DNA of 15,073 nucleotides, taken from Azolla caroliniana. Its lineage: Eukaryota > Plantae > Polypodiophyta. The notes under the pieces are model-generated. The model did no database searches. It saw nothing but the letters and a program-made list of their open reading frames with translations, and was not told the origin of the DNA. Location: the NCBI GenBank assembly GCA_043228905.1, contig JBHGNT010000820.1, positions 1-15,073 on the forward strand, read 5' to 3'. Position numbers and translations under genes: made by a program. Position 1 is the stretch's first letter. The number at the start of each line of letters is the position of its first letter. This document shows positions 1 to 8,700 of the stretch, piece after piece.

Positions 1-259
1 AAGTGTCTTTCGGCAGACCGCTTTCGGTCCCTTCGGCATCAGATGGGCGTAACGACAAACCAGTCCGGTTAGAGCCGGACACAGCGCAGGATGGTTCCAG
101 ACAACCGACATCAGTTCCTTAATGATCGGCTTCAACTCTTCCGACCCGACCAGTCCGGTCTTCTGCCTTCGGACCCTACCGATCCGAACAAAAACTGATA
201 TGTCCGAGAACCTAGGTTTATACCTGTAATCTTAGATAACCCATGTATACGCCCATTAC
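1..259 (+). mobile_element. Probable internal 3' region of the same LTR element
   Basis: GC/CpG-rich sequence with ACCAGTCCGGT at 59 and 149 and several TTCGG motifs, contiguous with the PPT. Confidence 0.45.
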
Positions 260-780
260 GGGGGAGTGTCGAATACAAGTGTATAATGGACGTATTCACA
301 CTATCCCTTTGTATAGATCAAGTTTGGGCCATTTGTGTAATTAGCATAAATGGTAGTTGCCCTAAGTCGGTCACTATATATAGTGACCTTGTAACCTTTT
401 TGTAAGGTTGGTTGTATTATTGTTTTCTATTGAATAGAAAGTCTTTTGTGCCTCTCTCTCTCCCTCTCTCTCTCTGTGCACGATCTTCGATTCTGTCATA
501 CGCAGGTACTCAACTCGAATCGAATGCTTCTTGATCTTCCGCATTGACGGCCTTGTCTGCAACACATACTTCATGGTCACACCCATTGTAGGTAGTGTCG
601 ATTGTTTCTGGCAACTCCACTATATCTCGATCCATCGAGTATTATCAAATTAGGTTATGTCATAACCCATCTCTCTCACTTACCCTTCCACACCTCCTCT
701 CCCACAAGCTTTCAGGATACCATCGGGCCTTCCCTATCCTCAAGATCCTCCCGAGAGAGAGAGAGAGATGTATATTAACA
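260..780 (+). mobile_element. 3' end of an LTR retrotransposon: polypurine tract plus putative 3' LTR (267-about 780)
   Basis: ATTACGGGGGAG is immediately followed by TGTCGAATACA (a copia-like PPT/LTR junction). Internal TATA (CTATATATAG) and CT/GA tracts are present. The candidate end TGTATATTAACA at 769-780 is an imperfect inverse of the start, so the right boundary is uncertain. Confidence 0.62.
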
Positions 781-1868
781 TCTTCTAAGAGCAGATTTGG
801 CCCACGCGACAATTGATTATAGTAATGGGATATGCACCCAATCATTGAAAATAAAAGATAAAGAACATAACAAAAAGAGTTATGTCGTGGTACGAAAAGA
901 AAATGTTATGGGGTGTGACATGTTCTATAAAAGAAAAGGCAAGGGGGCTATTCACAAATCATAGCTTCATGATCCCATCGTGCTTTTCGTCAATGTTGTG
1001 TTTTCCTAAGTCACCGACGTGGTTTCTCCTCTTATTTTCGGTTCGCTCGTTTTGAGCCTCTCCATCTCGAAGTTCAATGTTTGTCCATTCATTGGTTTCA
1101 TCAATTTTTTACAGCTCATTGTTTGTTCTTACAAATATTTTATATGCTCCTATAATGTTCATTCACCTTTGAGCTTTCACCTTCCCACATATATCTTGAT
1201 GTAATTTGGTTTCCTGCCCTTTTTTTCATTTCTCTCTTTCCTAACTTTTGGTCCAACACTTTTTTTTTTGAGGCAATCCCCTCAAATTAGTTGAGGAACG
1301 TGCATGCATCACCCAAGTTGGTATGGCGCCATGTATGTCATTGAGGAATGTGTATTGTTACTCTTAACCCCCTAGGACCCACTTATACTCGTCAATATAG
1401 CTGCGTTGGGATTTCTACTTGGGGTTGTCGTTACGAATAGGCCTGTTTAACTTGGTTTGGGGCCTTCAACATCATTGAGAAACATAATTTATTTATGACC
1501 CTCGTAATTTAACATACACTCATCATGTAACGTTGCCACTATACACATTGGTATCCAATTGGATTCTTGCTATTACATTAACCTTGTCAATTTGAATCCA
1601 CGGGAGCAAATAACACAAACATATTCATCAAAGAGTTAACATTGGACGGACTTATAAAAGTTCATAAGCAAGCAATGTATACACCATACACGTGTAAGAT
1701 AAGAAACCAATTAACTTGAACAAACAACTTTTAAGCAATTCAATTTGGATGTGGCATGCAATGGGCAACTCAAGACATTGTTTTTGTTCCCTTATTTGAG
1801 TTGTGATAGGTGTATAGAGTGAACAAGTGTAAGAATAAAGAAGTTCAATTTTGTTACTTTTATTATTA

Positions 1869-2466
1869 TTTTTCCTGAGTTTCAAACTCAACTTCATCTT
1901 GTTGGAGTTTATTTAAGTCCTTTATAAACGGCACTAGAAAAGAAAGCATATACTTGAGGACGTCAATCTTTTCAGTTTGACTGATTTCAACAACATTCTA
2001 TCAAAACAAAGATAAAATATATTACAAGAGGATGCATCCAATATGTATAGTAGATGTATGAATACCTTCAAATGGAAAGAAAATGTTTTACTTCTTCAAG
2101 ACTTAAACTCTTAGGTATATGCATACAAAGGCACATCTTGCAGTTGCAGTTTCTTCTGTAAACTGGGCAAGCTTCTTCAATATCCTCATAACTCATTGTG
2201 GGATACCTTTAAATAATGACGAAGAAGACAAAAGCAACATCATATCATGTTCATTTCGTAGATGCTACAAGAAAGGGCTAAAACAATGTGACTAACAAGT
2301 TTCAATTTAACATATAACCTTTCTTCTAAATGAAAAACAATATTTCCAATAAGGAGTTGATAAAGAGAAAGAAACAACGGATCAATTAGGTTTCTTATTT
2401 CACACTTACCATTTAGCAATGCATGTTGACTCTCCCCTTGTCGTTCCTCTTGCATTGATGGCACAT
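1869..2466 (-). pseudogene. Decayed KDM3/JHDM2-family JmjC histone demethylase gene fragment (IBM1/JMJ25-29-like, Cys-rich RING-like region). Core exon segments 2466-2410, 2206-2092, 1997-1869
   Basis: Minus-strand translation: MCHQCKRNDKGRV-[frameshifting deletion]-TCIAKW | YPTMSYEDIEEACPVYRRNCNCKMCLCM...SLEE | NVVEISQTEKIDVLKYMLSFLVPFIKDLNKLQQDEVEFETQEK*. Introns are GT-AG (2409-2207 splitting the TG|G Trp codon, and 2091-1998). This matches the recalled family motif MCHQCQRNDKGRVV..CI.KWYP....I...CPVCRGNCNCK.CLR...EK.....Y....LLP.LK. Confidence 0.85.
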
Positions 2467-3555
2467 ATGTTTCTTGCAACCCTTCCTTTCTTCTTTACCA
2501 CCTCTTCGTTGAAAGGTATTTCCTATTACACAGATAACGAAGTCGTTGTTTTCCTATAGTACCTTATTCATCTTCGTTCTGTCCTTTGATGTATAGTAGT
2601 AGTCGTTGCTACAGTGTCTTCCTCAACTTTTTCGCATTTTCTTTTGACGTCTTTCTTTTCTTCTCATCATCATGTCTCACATTTTCCTTTGGATTTGTTG
2701 TTGGAGTTTTCCCTTCTTGTTTATGAACAACACCTGCACCACAATAAGAGAATACTTGCTCTATATTTCAAAAAGCAAAGTTTAGCAAGGCTTTCAGAAT
2801 CACTTTTTGGCCATTACCATTTCTAATGTTCCCAGAAATCTGGGATTGAGATAAAACACAAATATGGTTCTTTGCTTCATTAACATTAATATGTTCTTCT
2901 TGCTTCATAGCATCAAAAGGACATGAATGAGGAGCATGAACAAATTTCGTCCACTTAGTTGGCACTGACTTCTGCATATTCCTAGCATATATATCCTATC
3001 CATCTCTCGGCTTTCTCCCTTTAATATTAGAGACATGAACTAATGTAAGCATTAGATAAGGATAGAATATAGATAAATGGATAGAAAGGAGAGAGAGAAA
3101 GAAGGGTGCCGATCCACCCGACCACCCCCGAGCGAAGGGATCGAGACAGACTCGAGCCTCGATTGGCGTCCCATACCACCGCCGTGGCGTCGAGTCGTAC
3201 CTGGTGCTGGCGCGCTCGCTACAAGAGTTGACCCACCACAAGACAGAGTCTCGACGTAGTCAACCCGCTAATCAAATGAGGGTAGTTAGGCCTCTTATTT
3301 ATAGCGATACCCAAGGCCCCCAGGCAAGTTCACACTTGGCCTAATGGGTTGTCTGAATCCCTAGGATTAAATGTAATCCTCCCCTTCTTTACACATCAAA
3401 TCAAATCAGAGAGAGAAGCTTAGCGGAAAACCTTATCCAGGCTTTTATGTTATTGATGTTTCTTATTGTTGCGGTTGTTTTACTGCTTCTGCTGGAGGCG
3501 AAGAAGGTGATGATGGCGATGGCGGCTGATTTTGTTTTCCCTCCACAAAATACAT
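2467..3555 (-). pseudogene. Probable degenerate 5' exons of the same pseudogene (about 3555-3432, 2981-2818, 2733 onward)
   Basis: In-phase GT-AG intron 2817-2734 (AAT G|gtaatg...gtgcag|GT GTT). ATG at 3555 begins MYFVEGKQNQPPSPSSPSSPPAEAVKQPQQ* and ends at donor AAG|gttttc. Several stops look like CAA/CAG/CGA changed by C>T. No diagnostic domain is visible. Confidence 0.45.
3044..3393 (-). mobile_element. Possible solo LTR (about 350 bp)
   Basis: TGTAA...TTACA termini, a minus-strand CTATAAATAAG TATA box at about 3294-3304, and a GC-rich core in an AT-rich context. No target-site duplication found. Confidence 0.45.
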
Positions 3556-3630
3556 GAAGAGTCTCGTTTAGAAAGTGTGATAGTAGTATAATAGGTTTTA
3601 GGGGTTTTATACATGTTGAATCGGTTGGGG

Positions 3631-3786
3631 CCTGGGCGACCACATTTGGTTGGACGACTGAGTGAGTGATGGTTGGGCGACCACACGTCGGTTAGGAGAC
3701 CACATTTGCTTATGGTGACCATATTCGGTTGGGTGACTAAGCTGGTGATAGTTGGGCGACCAAGGTGTTAGAGTTGAGCGACTACT
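3631..3786. repeat. Degenerate tandem array of 8 copies of GGTTGGGCGAC(C/T), units about 17-23 bp
   Basis: Units start at 3631, 3648, 3671, 3690, 3708, 3727, 3750 and 3772. Confidence 0.85.
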
Positions 3787-3975
3787 GACAACTTTTTTTA
3801 TTTGCACGTTAATTTTTTTTTTCCAAACGGGACGTTGTAGATCGATCATATGCGCGGCCATAGATGGTACCTCAGTTGAGCGTCCTGCTCCATCCGTGGC
3901 CGCCATTCCCTTGCTAGGCTTATATTATGATTTAGGTGCAAATAGACATGTCGATTCGAAAGATTTCACATAGAG

Positions 3976-4165
3976 AACAATAGAATACCATACCATGGTC
4001 CATATCATACAAATTTACAATACAATACAATGAGATGCAATTCAAAACAATCGCAATACCGTATATTACAATACCACACTGTATAATTGAGCACAATACA
4101 CTAGAGGAGGATATTTATATGCAATACAATCAGAATAGCATAATATCATAGAGCACAATGGACTA
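3976..4165. repeat. Degenerate pentanucleotide (CAATA)n-like satellite
   Basis: Recurring caata/catac/caatac with a period of about 5 bp, e.g. tacaatacaatacaatg. Confidence 0.7.
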
Positions 4166-4271
4166 CCTTTGCGCGAGGGGCAATTTCTACAGGAAATAAC
4201 AGAAGGTTTTGGAAGTGTAGGGGTACACCCGTGAAAATAAAGGAAAACTCAGAGAAACGTACTAAATACCA

Positions 4272-4285
4272 TCTCTCTCACTCAC

Positions 4286-4320
<35 letters not shown>
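4272..4320. repeat. CT/CTCA microsatellite (Y-patch / GAGA-type element) in the MSH6 core promoter or 5'UTR
   Basis: Pure (CT)14 at 4289-4316, preceded by CTCA repeats. Confidence 0.95.
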
Positions 4321-4322
<2 letters not shown>

Positions 4323-4331
4323 TTTCCCGCC
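4323..4331 (+). promoter_or_regulatory. E2F-binding site
   Basis: TTTCCCGCC is a perfect match to the plant E2F consensus, about 70 bp upstream of the ATG of a replication-coupled repair gene. Confidence 0.75.
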
Positions 4332-4352
4332 ATAGCTCTCGTTCTGCAGAGA

Positions 4353-4390
4353 AGAGAGAGAGAGACACACACACACTCACGCGCGCGCGC
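4353..4390. repeat. Compound microsatellite (AG)6(AC)6TCAC(GC)5
   Basis: Read directly; ends 7 nt before the MSH6 ATG. Confidence 0.95.
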
Positions 4391-4397
4391 AGGCGCC

Positions 4398-5793
4398 ATG
4401 GAACCTTCATCGCACAGCGGCAGCAGAAGACGAAGCTCCCTCTCCAGAACTCCCCAGCAGCATCAACCACAACAACAGAGGTCCATAGCTTCGTTCTTCA
4501 CTCCGAAAGCTCTGTCTTCTTCTCCTTCTTCTTCTCCTTCTCCATCGCTTCCCGCCACGCAGACAAAGAAACCTATCCTTCTCGTTTCTTCTTCTTCTCG
4601 ACCGAAAAAGCTTCCAGAAACGCAGAATAAGAAGAAGAAGGTCGGAGACGGTAATGACGATGATGAAGAAGAAGGAGAAAATGAAGCTATGGCGACTCCT
4701 TCCGTTGAACAGAGGAAAGAACATGCTGTTTTCGTCGCGTCTTCTTCTTCATCTGCTTCTCGACCACAAAAGCCTACGAAATCGCAGCACATGATCAGAG
4801 ACGGTGATGATGAGGAAGAAGCTATTGAAACTTCCTCAAAACCTGAATTTTCTGATCCCATGGCTTTGATCGGGAGAAAACTCAGAGTTTACTGGCCTCT
4901 GGATGATTCTTGGTACAGTGGTTGCGTGAAAGCATACGAAGATCCTCCATTTCATCGTATTTTATATGATGATGGGGAAGAAGAGGCAATCTGCTTGCAG
5001 AAAGAGAAGATCGAGTGGTTACCTTCAACAGTAAAGAAGGTTGAAACTAGAAGGAAACTAAGAAGATTAAGCTTCATTAAGAAAGCATTTGTGACAGAAG
5101 AGGAGATGGAATCTGCCTCTCATTCTGAATCTGAGGGAGAATGCCCAGGGAGAAAGAGATGTAGGAAAACGACAAAGCAATCTAATGGATTTGCCAAGAA
5201 CCTTTGTAATGAGGATGATAAGATGAAAGACAGAAATATTTGCAATGATAAAAAGCTAGAGAATGCAGAACTTTATAACGATGACGAGATGGAGGATGTA
5301 AAGCCTTGCCATGATGATAAGGCTGAGGATACAGATATGCATAAAGATAAGGTCAAGGATAAAAATCTTTGCAATGATAAGCTCAAGGTTACCAAAGACA
5401 AGGACGACAGCGTTTCTAGTGAGAGTGGAGATGACAACAACGACAGTGATGTTGAGTGGGTTGCAAAAAATGAAACAAGTTCAGAAGAAGATGAAGAAGA
5501 ACCTGAAAATTCTGATCTTGATGATGTAGTCCATAGGACTACAAAAGGAGGAAAGAAGGTCAAAAAACATGGTTTGTTGAGCAAAACGATTAAGAAATCC
5601 AGTCCCCAACAAAGAATACTTTGTTCAAAAGCACAGAGTTCTTCTACCAAAACATCGAACCACAGAGGCAATGCTTCTACAACTGTTGTGAAAACTGTAA
5701 TAGAGCCACTTGTTCCAAAGAGAAATTTATATGATTCTATTGTAACTGCACCTGTTGATAAGATGAATGAACAAAGAAAACAGAGTTGCTCAG
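4398..5793 (+). CDS. MSH6: MSH6 exon 1 (PIP box, Tudor domain, acidic/basic disordered region)
   Basis: ATG in gccATGg context; the 473-aa ORF runs past donor CAG|GTATTC at 5793/5794 (phase 1). Confidence 0.93.
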
Positions 5794-8700
5794 GTATTCA
5801 ATCCAATTGCATCTCTTGATATATTGCTATGAGATTTGGGCATGTGTTGGAGATATTACTATTATATATGAAAGTGTTGGAGATGTGTGTATGGGTACTA
5901 CTGCTGTTTGTATTGTTTAATTTTGTTCTCCTATTTATTTTTAAAAATCTTATTAGATCATGTTGCTGGGTGTGTTATTTAATGTGAAACATAGTTTGGA
6001 TTGCACAAAAACTGATAATGAGCATTCTAGTTTCTCCCCAAAGGGGATCCTGCTCTTGTTACCTTAATATAAGCTTATAACATTCGAAACAGTGGGGGGT
6101 CGGGAGAGAAGACAATATGTATACAAATAAAATATACATAGGAAAGCAGCAATAAGCCAAGGATGAGCTGCAGTAGAAGAGAAGCTAAGGAGTTTCTTAG
6201 GTAGGATTAGCTATTCTTTGAAGAAAGAGAGGATTTGAGCGTCAAGTTGATGAGAAATAGATGAAAACAGAACGATAAACAAATGAAAAATGTTCGAATG
6301 AAGGAGAATAGTGGGAGGCTTACCCTTTGCAGCTGTATTGCAGAAGCAGACGCATAATTGAAGTGAGTACTATGTGTTCTTTTGTCATTGTCGAAGTGTT
6401 GTCATAAATTATATCCAATCTTTGATGGTTCTCTCTATGCATTAATTTGGCTTCTCCTGCCTGTTGTGCCTGCTTTGTTTCAACTGCCAACACATCAGTC
6501 GACCAATGCAACAATTACATACAGTGCTGTGTTCTATGCATCGTCAGTGATCTTTGATTTTCTATCTTAGTGCCATTTAGTAACGCAACACATCTAGGGA
6601 AAAAGAAGAAGGAAAGAAAGATATGTTAAGGTATCTGAAAGACCATAATCGCTTTGTGACCTTGCAAAGCTTACAACTTCCGAAGAATGAAAGATATATG
6701 AATGTTGCTGAAGGACCATACTGTCTATGAGATGATCAAGGGGAGCTACAAAAGAGAGGCAGAAGATATATCAGGAACAAGAGTCAAAGAAAGCTGGAGG
6801 GCAGTTGTAGCAGTGGAGTAGTTTCAGCATTGGCAGCATAGGTTTTCTATCCAAGTAAAAATTAGCAGTGGACAGTGGACTTGTGCCAAATGCAGGACGT
6901 CTCCCAAGAATATTCTTTGGAATGATTTCTTATCTATTATCTACATTATGTTTGTATGAAAGGGAATGATCTCTCTTTCCCTTGTGGATGATTGCATTAT
7001 CCCTCAGTGCAGTGCAGGATGTGTCATAAAGATGTGCATTGGAGTGATTCCTTATGTATTTGTGTCAATCACTTTTTTGTATGAAAGAGTATTTGTGGAT
7101 AACTCCACTGTCTCCCGGTGTTGGATATGCCTACAAACATACCCTAGGAAATGAATTCCTTATCTATTATGAAAGAGAGTAGTACCTCGTTCCTTTGTGG
7201 ATGACTTTAACCACCTTCCCTCTGTGGAGACTCATGCATAAAGCCACCATTTTTGACGATCAACTGACAGAAGCTCATTAAAATTTGAAATCGCGGAGAG
7301 ATTCAGTCCATTTGAGGAACCTAACCTGTCTTATCATTTCAAACCTGTATTAGTATGGGCACTTTGGAGTGTTTGAGTTGTCTGAAAAATGTGGTCGATT
7401 AATTCAGGCTCCTACTATGGATCCATGTTTTCTTGTTTCATCTTTATGAAATTAAAATGTATTCTGTTTGTTAAGAGAAAATGATGTTTTATATAGAATC
7501 TAGATGCTGAGCTTGGTAATATACCTTGAGAGCCTGGATAAGAATCTGCATTGCAAAGTAGGAATTCATTTTTTATTAATTGTGTAGATTTAAAAAATGT
7601 TTTTTGTTTTTAATGGTTCTTGTAGGATTGACTGGGGATATGACTGTTTGTCTTACTGGGGAAGCATCAGAAAGGTTTGGGCATAGAGCTGCTGAAAGGT
7701 TCAAGTTTCTCGAGAAGTATGTTTGTAACTCTGTTATTTTTGCCTTGTGCATACTATTTCTAGGGTATTCAAGTGTTCACATCTTTATGTTCACTGAGCA
7801 GAAATCGGAAAGATGCATCTGGGAGGCATCCAAGTGATCCAGAGTATGATCCTCGAACACTCCATTTACCAACCGACTTTTTAAAAGGACTTTCAGGTTG
7901 CCAGGTGTGAAAATCAGCATTATTTTCTGGCATCATTGCCTCCTACATGTTTTAAGTTATCTTCTAAAGGTGTTACCCTTTGCAGAGACAATGGTGGGAA
8001 TTTAAGTCAAAGCACATGGATAAAGTGCTTCTTTTCAAGGTTGGTTCAAGGAATAGAAAATTCCTCCTCTGTTGATTACTTTTTTCATGTGTCTCATGAG
8101 AGCATTCTCATTTTTGACAGATGGGAAAGTTCTATGAGTTGTTTGAAATGGATGCACATGTTGGGGCCCAACACCTTGGTTTGCAGTATATGAGGGTGCG
8201 TATAATAGCATATATGACATGAAATGAATGATGGCTGACATCCAAATGAGGACACCGTCTGAATTGTAGTGAACATATATTCTGGCTGGTTATAAGAATT
8301 CTAACATCCAAAACTTGTCAAATATTCCACCCAGAACATATCTGTGGGATACAAACTTGTTCATATCATCTCTGATTTCCAAGAGACAGAAGGGCCTTGA
8401 CTTAAGCCAAAAGATGTTTTCTTGGTTGAAGGTTTCTCAGGTGATGTCGCACTAATTTGAAAGATTCTCCTCTCTTGATAGACTGAGATATGAATCATAT
8501 GTCTTTTATATAACTGCAGATTAGTGCTGTTTTATTTTCTGTGCAGATTAGGCCATAGATGCTACCTTACGTTTCATTGACATGCTTGAATATATTGAAT
8601 TTTCAGAAACTTTCTAATTCTGCTGTATGAGACATTGGTTCTGGTGGTAGCTTTAGACCATAGTATAGGAACATCTACTGTTTCCATGCTTTCTTTTGTT

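Noticed and set aside
781-794. TCTTCTAAGAGCAG as a tRNA-Met primer-binding site (TGGTATCAGAGC) after the LTR
   Set aside because: Only about 7 of 12 bases match, and the upstream PPT indicates a 3' LTR.
374-845. Short ORFs of 61-73 aa in the LTR region
   Set aside because: They run through CT/GA microsatellites and resemble no gag or pol motifs.
910-920. GGGGTGTGACA, resembling a gypsy LTR terminus
   Set aside because: No matching opposite end, PBS, PPT or TSD identified.
960-1110. Charged minus-strand open stretch (KIDETNEWTNIELRDGEAQNERTENKRR...)
   Set aside because: No recognisable family and no clear splice sites, so it cannot be tied to the KDM3 fragment.
1500-1600. Possible next KDM3 exon (IQIDKVNV...LHDE(C)M, expected DERxYC)
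   Set aside because: Needs a frameshift and lacks a clean acceptor and the following Cys cluster; too weak.
3631-3786. Repeat-spacer pattern resembling a CRISPR array
   Set aside because: Eukaryotic locus, cores of about 12 bp, spacers short and related to each other, and no cas genes.
2996-3973. ORF-track ORFs of 60-99 aa across the solo-LTR and tandem-array region
   Set aside because: Their repetitive peptides (WSPN...) simply translate the DNA repeat.
4168-4177. TTTGCGCGAG as a second E2F site
   Set aside because: Does not fit the TTTSSCGS / WTTSSCSS consensus at position 6.
4407-5671. Minus-strand and alternative-frame ORFs overlapping MSH6 exon 1 (105, 132, 132 and 72 aa)
   Set aside because: Shadow ORFs of low-complexity Ser/Glu/Asp/Lys codons, with no independent motifs.
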